This document shows, piece by piece, positions 1-7,782 of a stretch of 14,233 bases of DNA (within the stretch, counting starts at the first letter, position 1; every line of letters starts with the position of its first letter). A model generated the notes under the pieces. That model saw only the letters and a program-made list of their open reading frames with translations. It searched no databases and was not told the DNA's origin. Source of the stretch: Armatimonadota bacterium. Lineage in GTDB: Bacteria > Sysuimicrobiota > Sysuimicrobiia > Sysuimicrobiales > Humicultoraceae. Made by a program: the position numbers and the translations under genes. Location: the NCBI GenBank assembly GCA_052386995.1, contig JBQTJP010000133.1:1-14233 (forward strand), written 5' to 3'.

Positions 1-606
1 CTCGGGTACCTTGAGCGATTCGCGCGCCTCATCCCCGACCGTCCTCTGACCGTCCTGGATGTGGCCACCGCGTCGGCCGATATTCCGGCGGCCATCGCCG
101 ACTGGTCACGTGCGCGGGGGCTGCCGGTGCGCATCGCGGCACTGGACATCAGCCTCGACATCCTGGGAGCCGCACGGCGGACGACGGCCGGCCGGCCGGA
201 AGTCACGCTGGTCAGGGGAAACGCGTTCGCGCTGCCATTCCCGGACCGCGGTGTCGATGTCGTCATCTGCGCGCTCGCCCTCCACCACTTCTCGTTCGAG
301 GGAGCCGCGGCGGTGCTGCGCGAGGTCAATCGGGTGGCACGCGTCGGGTTCCTGGTCAACGACGTGCTCCGGTCGTGGCCGGCCTACGTGGGGGCGATCG
401 CGGACACCTGGCTGCTGTCGCGGAATCCGCTGGCGCGCCACGACGGCCCGCTGTCGGTCCTGCGCTCGTTCACCTGGCCCGAGTTCCACGCCCTGGTGCA
501 TGCCGCCGGCCTCAAGGGCGTCGAGGTGCGGCGCCACCGGCTGCAGCGCGCGGTGCTCGTGCGCTGGCCGGGCGCCGAGACCGGCTCGCAGGCTCGGGCG
601 AGGTAG
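1..606 (+). CDS. Class I SAM-dependent methyltransferase (5'-truncated by the window edge)
   Basis: Frame 1 is open from base 1 (LGYLERFARLIPDRPLTVLDVATASADIP...), so GTG at 61 is internal. Motif I-like VLDVATASAD, acidic post-beta2 ALDIS, GNAFALPFPDRGVDVV, ALHHF and C-terminal RHDGPLSVLRSFT. Stop TAG at 604-606. Confidence 0.88.
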   Translation, partial: LGYLERFARLIPDRPLTVLDVATASADIPAAIADWSRARGLPVRIAALDISLDILGAARRTTAGRPEVTLVRGNAFALPFPDRGVDVVICALALHHFSFEGAAAVLREVNRVARVGFLVNDVLRSWPAYVGAIADTWLLSRNPLARHDGPLSVLRSFTWPEFHALVHAAGLKGVEVRRHRLQRAVLVRWPGAETGSQARAR

Positions 607-610
607 CAGC

Positions 611-1738
611 GTGGATGCAGACGTGATCGTGGTGGGCGGCGGACCCGCAGGCTGTGCCACGGCGTTGAGGCTGGCGCGGCTCGGGTATCGGGTGACCATC
701 GTCGATCGCGCGCGGTTCCCGCGGCCGAAGCCGTGCGGTGAGTATTTGAACCCCGGTGCCGTTGATGCCCTGGACCGGCTCGGCACTCTGCCCGCCGTCG
801 CGCGGGCCGGTGTGTCCGTCTCGGGGATGTACGTCGCCGGCCCGGACGGTGCCGCGGTGTGGGCCCCGTTTCCTGCCGGACGGGGCCTGCTCGTTGCGCG
901 TGAGCGGCTCGATCATCTGCTGCTGCTCGAAGCCACGGGCTGCGGCGCGCAGGTCATAGAGGAGTGCCGGATCGACAGCGTTTGGCCCGGCCGTGTACCC
1001 GTCGTGACCGGGCACCATCGCGGGAGCGCGGTTCGCCTGACCGCCCGGCTGGTCGTCGGCGCCGACGGCCTCCGCTCGATCGTGGCGCGGCGCGCCGGTC
1101 CGTTGGCCCCCGCCGCAGGTGGCCACTACACCGTGGGCGCGCACTTTGAGAATCTGCAGGCCGGGACTCCGCGCGGCGATCTCCATCTGGGTACGGGATG
1201 GTACGCGGGGGCGGCGCTGTACGGGAGTGGCACAGGCAATGTCGTCGTTGCCGTTTCTCGGGAGGAATTTCGTCGCCACGCGGGGGAGGCGGAAACCGTC
1301 TTCACCCGTGCCTGCTCGGCGCTGCCGGCGCTCTCACAGATCATGCACGGGGCGCGACGGACCACACCGTTCGTGTCGGTGGGCCCACTCGGGTACGGCG
1401 CGCGGCCGGCCACAGACGATGGCGTCCTCCTGGTCGGCGATGCGGCGGGGACGATCGACCCGATGACCGGCGAAGGGATCTACGTGGCGCTGCGGAGCGC
1501 CGAGCTGGCCGCCCAGACGGCCGATGCTGTCCTGGCGCGCGGCGACGCGGTCCGCGCGCGGCTGGCGACCTACGAAACGACGAGGACCGCCGCCTTCCGT
1601 AACACGTGGATGGTCAGCCGCCTTCTCCAGCGCGTGATCAGGCACCCGCGGCTTGCCGGCCTGCTGCTGCGCCGGCTTGCCGAGCGGCCGTCCCTGGCCT
1701 CCAGGCTCCTCGGCGTGGTCAGTGGCGTGAAGGCCTGA
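611..1738 (+). CDS. NAD(P)/FAD-dependent oxidoreductase, geranylgeranyl reductase / flavin hydroxylase-like (375 aa)
   Basis: GTG at 611, 4 nt after the methyltransferase stop, begins DADVIVVGGGPAG (Rossmann GxGxxG). Also FPRPKPCGEYL, VVGADG (DG motif) and LLVGDAAGTIDPMTGEGI (GD motif). The 59-610 extension in the ORF track overlaps the methyltransferase in another frame and is an artefact. Confidence 0.88.
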   Translation: MDADVIVVGGGPAGCATALRLARLGYRVTIVDRARFPRPKPCGEYLNPGAVDALDRLGTLPAVARAGVSVSGMYVAGPDGAAVWAPFPAGRGLLVARERLDHLLLLEATGCGAQVIEECRIDSVWPGRVPVVTGHHRGSAVRLTARLVVGADGLRSIVARRAGPLAPAAGGHYTVGAHFENLQAGTPRGDLHLGTGWYAGAALYGSGTGNVVVAVSREEFRRHAGEAETVFTRACSALPALSQIMHGARRTTPFVSVGPLGYGARPATDDGVLLVGDAAGTIDPMTGEGIYVALRSAELAAQTADAVLARGDAVRARLATYETTRTAAFRNTWMVSRLLQRVIRHPRLAGLLLRRLAERPSLASRLLGVVSGVKA

Positions 1739-1739
1739 C

Positions 1740-2216
1740 GTGCACACCGTCCACCGCATGCGTATCGCCGCGCCGCTGCAGACCGTCTTCGCCCTCGCGC
1801 GCGACGTCGAATCGTGGACAGCGCTGCTCCCCGAGTACCGCTGGTGCCGGGTTCTGGAGCGATCGCCGGAGCGTCTGGTCTTCGCCATGGGAGGCTGGAT
1901 CCGGGGCTGGCCGGCGCGATGGACCGCCGTGCAGGAACCGCGGCCGAAGGAGCATCGTATTACGTTCCGCCACATGAAGGGGATCACGAAAGGCATGGAC
2001 GTCGAGTGGCGCTTTGCGCCGGCGGGGGAGGCGGTTGACGTCGCGCTCACGCATGACCTGGTGATGCGCTGGCCGCTGATCGGCCGGCTGGTGAGCGATC
2101 TCATCGTCGGACCAATCTATATCGACTACATCGCCCGAAAGACGTTGGCGGCGGTGAAAGCGCACGCCGAGGCCGCCTCAGGCCAGAGCCCGGTAGCGGC
2201 CAGAACGCTGGCGTAA
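1740..2216 (+). CDS. SRPBCC/START-like polyketide cyclase/aromatase family protein (158 aa)
   Basis: N-terminal IAAPLQTVFALARDVESWTALLPEY and ITFRHMKGITKGMDVEWRF, plus a C-terminal helix (IARKTLAAVKAHAEA), are typical of Polyketide_cyc/SRPBCC proteins. GTG starts 1 nt after the upstream TGA. Confidence 0.85.
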   Translation: MHTVHRMRIAAPLQTVFALARDVESWTALLPEYRWCRVLERSPERLVFAMGGWIRGWPARWTAVQEPRPKEHRITFRHMKGITKGMDVEWRFAPAGEAVDVALTHDLVMRWPLIGRLVSDLIVGPIYIDYIARKTLAAVKAHAEAASGQSPVAARTLA

Positions 2217-2230
2217 AGGAGAAGCGGACA

Positions 2231-3484
2231 ATGTCGCATCGGGTTGTCGTCGCGGGAGTAGGTGCAATCACCGCCATTGGACAAGGTGCCGCGGGGCTGC
2301 TGGAAGGAATCCAGGAGGGCCGTGCCGGCGTGCGAAACATCGTGCGCTTCGATACATCGGCGTTCTCCTGCCATGTCGCGGCCGAAGTCCCCGACTTCAA
2401 CGCCGCGAACCATCTGGATAGCAAGCAGCTCCGTCGACTTGATCGCTTTGCCCAATTTGCCGTCGTCAGCGCGCGCCAGGCGATCGCGGATGCGCATCTC
2501 GATCTGGCGCACATCGACCGCGAGCGCGCGGGGGTCTTCATCGGCACCGCGCTGGGCGGGGCCTCGTTTGCCGAAGAGCAATACACGGTGTACCTGCGCG
2601 GCGGCATCCGGCGCGTCAAGCCCACGCTGGCGCTCGGGGTGTTCGGCGGATCGGCGTCGTGCAACATCGCCATCGACACGGGGCTGACCGGTCCCACGAG
2701 CGCCAACTCGGACTCCTGCGCGTCCGGACCCATCGCCATCGGCGAAGCGGCCAGATTGATTCGCAGCGGCGAAGTGGATCTCATGCTCGCCGGCGGCGTC
2801 GAGGTGCCGCTCACCCCACTGATCTTCGGCGCCTTCGACCTCATCCGGGCGATGTCCACGCGCAACGGCAACCCGGCGGCCGCCTGCAGGCCGTTCGACC
2901 GCGGCCGGGACGGGTTCGTCATGGGAGAGGGCGCGGCCGTGTTGGTCCTCGAGCAGCTTGAACACGCGCAGAAGCGCGGCGCGCTGATTTACGGCGAGGT
3001 CCTGGGCTACGGATCAACGAACGACGCGTACCACATGACCGCGCCGCTGCCGTCCGGGGATCAAGCCGCGCGGGCGATGCGGCTCGCGCTGGCCGACGCG
3101 GGCCTGCGCCCCGAGCAGATCGACTACATCAACGCGCATGCCTCGTCCACGCCGCTCAACGACTCGACCGAGACACGGGCGATCAAAGCGGTCTTCGGGG
3201 ATCATGCCCGCCGCATCCCCATCAGCGGGACCAAATCGATGCACGGCCATCCCCTGGGGGCCTCGGGCGCCATCGAGGCGGCGATCAGCATGCTGGCGCT
3301 GCGGTGGGACTACCTTCCGCCGACGATCAACCTCGACGAGCCCGACCCCGAGTGCGACCTCGACTACGTGCCGCACCGCGGGCGGCAGCAGCGGGTGGAC
3401 TACATTCTCAGCAATTCGTTTGGGTTCGGCGGCATCAACGCGTCCCTCGCGTTCGGCAGGTACAGCCCTACCGCGTCTCAATAA
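2231..3484 (+). CDS. fabF: Beta-ketoacyl-ACP synthase II (FabF-like ketosynthase, 417 aa)
   Basis: AAGGAG SD at about 2216-2221. Cys-His-His triad intact: SDSCASG, INAHASST, TKSMHGHPLGA. Also CRPFDRGRDGFVMGEG and SNSFGFGGINAS. Its context suggests a pathway-specific paralogue rather than housekeeping FabF. Confidence 0.9.
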   Translation: MSHRVVVAGVGAITAIGQGAAGLLEGIQEGRAGVRNIVRFDTSAFSCHVAAEVPDFNAANHLDSKQLRRLDRFAQFAVVSARQAIADAHLDLAHIDRERAGVFIGTALGGASFAEEQYTVYLRGGIRRVKPTLALGVFGGSASCNIAIDTGLTGPTSANSDSCASGPIAIGEAARLIRSGEVDLMLAGGVEVPLTPLIFGAFDLIRAMSTRNGNPAAACRPFDRGRDGFVMGEGAAVLVLEQLEHAQKRGALIYGEVLGYGSTNDAYHMTAPLPSGDQAARAMRLALADAGLRPEQIDYINAHASSTPLNDSTETRAIKAVFGDHARRIPISGTKSMHGHPLGASGAIEAAISMLALRWDYLPPTINLDEPDPECDLDYVPHRGRQQRVDYILSNSFGFGGINASLAFGRYSPTASQ

Positions 3485-4064
3485 TGAAGTTGAAGAAGGC
3501 GACCTTGCCGCCGGCGCCATCCTGCATGCTCACAACGAGGCGCTGGTTGAAGATCCCGTCGCCCTGATTCCGAGCTTCGCCGGGAAAGTAGAGTTGTGAC
3601 GTGAGGATCGGGCCGTTCGCGGCGCGCACCTTCACGTGAATGTGAGGGGTTCGGCCGGGGTACTGACCCGGCATCACGGTCTCCAGGTAGTAGATCCCTG
3701 CAGTGTCGGTGAACTGATGACCGCGCAGGCGAAACCCGGTATTGTCGTATTCGCCCCGCGCATCCGCCTGCCAGAAGTCCAGCCATGCGCGCGGGACCGC
3801 TCTGCAGTCCCGGCCCAGCACGTATCCCGTGACGATGAGCCTGGTGCCGGCCATGCCCTGTTCAACCAGCGACGTGCGCTGCGGCGTGTTCGCTTTGTAG
3901 AACGGACCCTCGGTCTGCGACGGCGTGACAGCCGCCGTCGGCGTGCACGCCGGCGCCGGGGGCGTCACCTGTCTCTGCGCGCTGGCCCCGCCGGTCGGCC
4001 AAAGCACCACCGCTGCCACCAACACGATACCCGACCAGAGTAGGAATCGCCGCGTTCCTCTCAT
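3468..4064 (-). CDS. Exported intradiol ring-cleavage dioxygenase-like protein (198 aa)
   Basis: SD GGGGAGGT before ATG. Signal peptide MRGTRRFLLWSGIVLVAAVVLWPTGGASA. Motifs TEGPFY, LDFWQADARGEYD, LRGHQFTD, PGQYPGRTPHIHVKV (Tyr/Tyr/His/His iron ligand pattern) and LTSQLYF. Its 3' end overlaps fabF convergently by 17 nt. Confidence 0.87.
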   Translation of the reverse strand: MRGTRRFLLWSGIVLVAAVVLWPTGGASAQRQVTPPAPACTPTAAVTPSQTEGPFYKANTPQRTSLVEQGMAGTRLIVTGYVLGRDCRAVPRAWLDFWQADARGEYDNTGFRLRGHQFTDTAGIYYLETVMPGQYPGRTPHIHVKVRAANGPILTSQLYFPGEARNQGDGIFNQRLVVSMQDGAGGKVAFFNFIIETR

Positions 4065-4078
4065 GTGTCACCTCCCCG

Positions 4079-4465
4079 CTAGAACATTGTATTCTTATTA
4101 GCGGATGACTCGGGAACCTCTTGGAGGACGTCCCAGTGCTCAACGATCCTGCCATCTTCCAGCCTGAAGATGTCCATGACTGCTGTGCCGCGGTCGCCCG
4201 GCTGCCGGATGAGATGACTGTGCACCGCCACGAGGTCGCCTTCCGCTACCTGTCGTTTGAGATCGAACCGGAACGAGGGATACGCTTGAGCGAAGCCGCG
4301 CACGAAGGCGATGAACGGTTCCGGACCATCCCCCGCTGCAGGGTTGTGCTGCCGGTAGGACGATCCCATGTACTTGACGACCGCCTCTTCGGGTTTCTTG
4401 AGGTTGAACGCAAGATTGTAGAACTCGCTGACGACGGTCTTGTTCGATTCCAACGGGTGACTCAT
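4079..4465 (-). CDS. SnoaL-like / NTF2-fold protein (128 aa)
   Basis: SD GGAGGAG before ATG. NKTVVSEFY, YRQHNP, VAEGDLVAVH and MDIFRLEDGRIVEHWDVLQ...NKNTMF are characteristic of the SnoaL-like COG4922-type family. Confidence 0.87.
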   Translation of the reverse strand: MSHPLESNKTVVSEFYNLAFNLKKPEEAVVKYMGSSYRQHNPAAGDGPEPFIAFVRGFAQAYPSFRFDLKRQVAEGDLVAVHSHLIRQPGDRGTAVMDIFRLEDGRIVEHWDVLQEVPESSANKNTMF

Positions 4466-4704
4466 GAGCCGCTCCTCCGTGAAGTCTGTTCAGGCGACAG
4501 CAATGGTCTCCGCTCCCCTAACCCTCTCAAGGGGCCCGGGCATTCCCGTGAAAGGGACCCGCGTCGCCGAATCGAAGCGGAGGTAGACGTCCTCTCAACT
4601 CAACGCTGGAACAGCGCGCGTCCATTCGACGTTATTACTCCGTGAGACTAGGCACCAAGCGCCCCATGGTCTTAGGCCGAACGTCGTTGGGAAGAGGTGA
4701 AAAG

Positions 4705-5346
4705 ATGCTCTTCAGATTTTCCACTGCCGCTACGCTTCTGCTCGCACTTGCGCTTCCTGTTCCCTCAGCAGTTGCCGCTGCACCGGCCAGCCCGGCGGCT
4801 GGGCAGCAGCGGTTTGTCATCGTGCCGGCCGAATCACAGGTCACCTACCGGGTCGGTGAGGTCTTGATCAGTCAGGGCAATCGCTTCAACATTGCCATCG
4901 GTACCACAAACGCGATCCGGGGTGAGATCGTGATCGACCGTGCCAGCCCGAGAAACAGCCGGATTGGTCCCATCACGGTCGACATCAGTCGATTTCAGTC
5001 CGACAGCGCGCGGCGCGACAACGCCATCCGGGACCGCTGGCTGGAGTCGTCTCGGTTTCCCACGGCCGAGTTTACCCCTACCTCTATCGAGGGTCTCCCG
5101 GAGACCTACGCAGAGGGACGAGAGCTGAGCCTGCAGATGAGTGGAAACCTGAAGGTTCGGGATGTCACGCGTCCCACGACGTTCACCGTGACCCTCCGGC
5201 TTCAGGGCACCGCTCTGACGGGAGTGGGGAACACCACGATCCGCATGACGGATTTCGGCTTCGATCCGCCTTCCATTTTCGGCATCCTCCGTGCGGAGAA
5301 CGAAGCCAAGCTGGAATTTCGCTTCGTCGCTCGCCCGGCGCAGTAG
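4705..5346 (+). CDS. YceI-like lipid/polyisoprenoid-binding protein with signal peptide (213 aa)
   Basis: ATG 4705 follows SD GAGGTG and is preferred over GTG 4642. Signal peptide MLFRFSTAATLLLALALPVPSAVAA. Motifs ESQVTYRVGE, FQSDSARRDNAIR, LESSRFPTAEF, GNLKVRDVTRP and IRMTDFG. Confidence 0.87.
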   Translation: MLFRFSTAATLLLALALPVPSAVAAAPASPAAGQQRFVIVPAESQVTYRVGEVLISQGNRFNIAIGTTNAIRGEIVIDRASPRNSRIGPITVDISRFQSDSARRDNAIRDRWLESSRFPTAEFTPTSIEGLPETYAEGRELSLQMSGNLKVRDVTRPTTFTVTLRLQGTALTGVGNTTIRMTDFGFDPPSIFGILRAENEAKLEFRFVARPAQ

Positions 5347-5389
5347 GCGCACATCTGCGCGAACCAAAAAAAGATGAGGAGTGAGATCG

Positions 5390-6427
5390 ATGCGTAGAGG
5401 ACCGATGACTGCGCTGCGTGAGGCAATGGGCAGTGGCCTCCGGCGTCCTGCGAAAGCCTCGTGGCTCCTGCTGGCGCTCATCGTCTGGATGAGCGTCGCC
5501 ACCGCCGTTCTCCCCGCGGCGGCACAGACCACCGTCCTCGCACAGATCACCGTCCTCGATCCCCAGACCATCTATGATCGGGCCGCGCCCGCGGTCGGCG
5601 TGGTCAGGGCCATGGCGGACGGTCGCACCGGAATCGGTACGGCCTTTGTGATTGACCGGGCAGGCTTGCTGCTGACGGCTTCACACGTGGCTCGGCGGGC
5701 CGACGATCTCGCCGTTGAATTTCCCGGCGAGCGAGCTCTGCCCGCCAGGCTCGTCGGATACGACGCGAGACGCGATCTGGCCCTGTTACGGGTGAGTGCG
5801 CCGACGGCGCTTCCGGCCATCGAAGTCGCTCAAGACGGCCTGCGGGCCGGAGAGCCGGTGGTCGTGATTGGCACGCCTCGTGGCCGGCCGGGTGTCATGA
5901 CGGTCGGAGAAATCGTGACGGCTCGAGCGTCGCTGCCGGGCCTGCCCAGGGAAACGCTCATCCGGATCAACGCCCCGATTGCCCCGGGCAATTCGGGCGG
6001 CCCTGTGCTGAATGCCCACGGACAGGTTGTCGGCCTGGTCATTGCGCGCGGAAACGATGGGGCAGGACTCGCCGTTTCCAGCAGCACAATTCTCGCGGCC
6101 CTCCCGGCGCTTCGCGAGGGCGCGCGTGTGGAGCGCCCGTGGATCGGCATCGCGGGACGCTCGCTGACGCCGGACCTCGTTCGCGAGCGCGGCCTGGGCG
6201 TCGAGCGCGGAGCCCTGATCCAGGACATCGTCTCGGAGAGTCCCGCCGCCGCGGCCGACCTTCGTTCAGACGACGTCATTATCGCCCTGGATGGGGAAGG
6301 GCTCGGGTCATGGGAGGACCTTCTGGGGATCGTGGCCGAGCGCGAGCCGGGCCAGCGCGTGCGTCTGACAGTCGTGCGCGGCGGCGCTCGCCTAAACGTA
6401 GAGGTGACGCTGGGCGTACGGCCGTAG
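5390..6427 (+). CDS. HtrA/DegP-family (S1C) serine protease with one PDZ domain
   Basis: SD GAGGAG at 5376-5381 favours ATG 5390 (ATG 5405 is an alternative). N-terminal hydrophobic segment, catalytic triad TASHV / RRDLA / PGNSGGP, and PDZ features RPWIGI and SPAAAADLRSDDVII. Confidence 0.9.
   Translation: MRRGPMTALREAMGSGLRRPAKASWLLLALIVWMSVATAVLPAAAQTTVLAQITVLDPQTIYDRAAPAVGVVRAMADGRTGIGTAFVIDRAGLLLTASHVARRADDLAVEFPGERALPARLVGYDARRDLALLRVSAPTALPAIEVAQDGLRAGEPVVVIGTPRGRPGVMTVGEIVTARASLPGLPRETLIRINAPIAPGNSGGPVLNAHGQVVGLVIARGNDGAGLAVSSSTILAALPALREGARVERPWIGIAGRSLTPDLVRERGLGVERGALIQDIVSESPAAAADLRSDDVIIALDGEGLGSWEDLLGIVAEREPGQRVRLTVVRGGARLNVEVTLGVRP
5522..5557 (+). repeat. 18-bp in-frame tandem duplication in the HtrA-like gene
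   Basis: gcacagaccaccgtcctc (5522-5539) is followed by gcacagatcaccgtcctc (5540-5557) with one mismatch; encodes AQTTVL-AQITVL. Confidence 0.9.
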
Positions 6428-6435
6428 GCCGTACG
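6415..6435. terminator. Perfect 9-bp inverted repeat at the junction of convergent genes (possible terminator or 3'-stabilising hairpin)
   Basis: cgtacggcc-gta-ggccgtacg spans the protease stop codon, 25 nt from the convergent MFS stop. No U-tract on either strand. Confidence 0.4.
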
Positions 6436-6459
6436 GTGACCGGCGGCTGCCCAGGAAGC

Positions 6460-7734
6460 CTACAGCGTAGCGATCTTCGGAGAGAGCAGCGCGAGCAGAC
6501 CGACCAGTAGAATGACCATTGCCCCACCCATGGCCAGCGCGTGGCCGACCCCCACTATCCCGGCCAGCGCGCCGAGCGGCATCGTGCCGAGGGCGAACAT
6601 CCCGAACGTCACCATGCCGTAGAGGCCCATCATCCGGCCGCGCTGGTAAGGCTGCACCGTCGTCTGCAGCAGCGTGTTGGCCGTCGCCTGCGCGACCGAC
6701 TGGCACGTGCCGACGGCGGCCAGCAGGGCGAGTGAAAGGCTAAACCACGGCGAGAGGCCGAACACCACGACCATCGCGCCTGTCGCGATCACGGCGCCGA
6801 TCAGCAGCCTGCCCTTCTGGACCGAGTCGCCGATCGCGCCGACGACGAAAACCGCCAGGACAGTCCCAATAGCGGGCGCGGCCTGCAGGAGTCCCAGGCC
6901 CGTGGGCCCCACGCCCAGCACCTCGCGAGCCATCGCAGGCATCAGACGAATGTACGGACGGCCGAAGAAGCTGATGACGGCCACAATCGCCAGCAGCGCA
7001 ATGAGGTGGCGGTGCTGCGCGAGCAGCCCGATGCCCTCGCGGATATCATCGCGGACCGACATCCGTTCACCGGCGTTCTGGTGTGGCACGACCATCATGA
7101 GCAGGGCGGTCAGGACGGCGATATACGTCAGGGTGTTGACGAAGAAGCAACCGGACACCCCCACCGCGGCGATCAGCACCCCGCCGAGTGAGGGTCCGAA
7201 CATTCCCGCCCCTTGAAACGCCATCGAGTTGAGGCTGAGTGCCGACATCAGCTGGTGCTCGCCGACGAGGGTCGGCACCATCGACTGACGCGCGGGCATG
7301 TCGAACGAGTTGGTGAGCGAGTTGAAAGCTCCGATGGCGAGAATGTGCCAGACCTGAATGCGCCCCGTGTACGCGAGGGCGGCGAGCAACCCCGCAGAGG
7401 CCATCAAGACGGCGTTGGTGACGAGCAGCACCCGCCGGCGATCGAGGCGATCGGCCGCGACCCCCCCGAGAAACACGAACAGCAGCCGCGGGATCGCCTG
7501 GCTGAGACCCAGCAGGCCCAGGTAAATTGGGGCTCTCGTCAACTGGTCGATGAGGTAGCCGAGCGCGGTGAACTGCATCCACGAGCCGATGTGCGAGACC
7601 AGCATGCCGGTCCACAAGAGACGAAAGTTTCGATTGGCCAACAGCGTGAACGCGGATCGCGGACCGTGGGCCCGGGCCGGGACCGCGGCGGGGTCGGTGG
7701 CGACGGCAGGGGTGACGTCGCCGTTGTCAGCCAA
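6460..7734 (-). CDS. MFS transporter (about 12 TM; DHA3/EntS-like)
   Basis: NRNFRLLWTGMLVSHIGSWMQ, motif A GGVAADRLDRRR, FDMPARQSMVP and RGRMMGLY. The TTG start at 7734 has no clear SD, so the start is uncertain. Confidence 0.9.
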   Translation of the reverse strand: MADNGDVTPAVATDPAAVPARAHGPRSAFTLLANRNFRLLWTGMLVSHIGSWMQFTALGYLIDQLTRAPIYLGLLGLSQAIPRLLFVFLGGVAADRLDRRRVLLVTNAVLMASAGLLAALAYTGRIQVWHILAIGAFNSLTNSFDMPARQSMVPTLVGEHQLMSALSLNSMAFQGAGMFGPSLGGVLIAAVGVSGCFFVNTLTYIAVLTALLMMVVPHQNAGERMSVRDDIREGIGLLAQHRHLIALLAIVAVISFFGRPYIRLMPAMAREVLGVGPTGLGLLQAAPAIGTVLAVFVVGAIGDSVQKGRLLIGAVIATGAMVVVFGLSPWFSLSLALLAAVGTCQSVAQATANTLLQTTVQPYQRGRMMGLYGMVTFGMFALGTMPLGALAGIVGVGHALAMGGAMVILLVGLLALLSPKIATL

Positions 7735-7782
7735 TGGGCGGGCGCAGGGCGTCGTCCCGCGTGACTTCGTTCCGCGGGCTCA

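Noticed and set aside
59..610. 184-aa N-terminal extension of the flavoprotein in the ORF track (559 aa)
   Set aside because: Arg/Ser/Pro-rich off-frame read-through of the methyltransferase gene; the Rossmann motif begins right after GTG 611.
3468..3484. 17-nt convergent overlap of fabF and the dioxygenase-like gene
   Set aside because: Short tail-to-tail overlaps are common and both proteins appear complete.
5347..5372. GCGC-ACATCT-GCGC hairpin followed by an A7 tract between the YceI-like and HtrA-like genes
   Set aside because: The stem is only 4 bp and the tract is on the wrong side or strand for a terminator.
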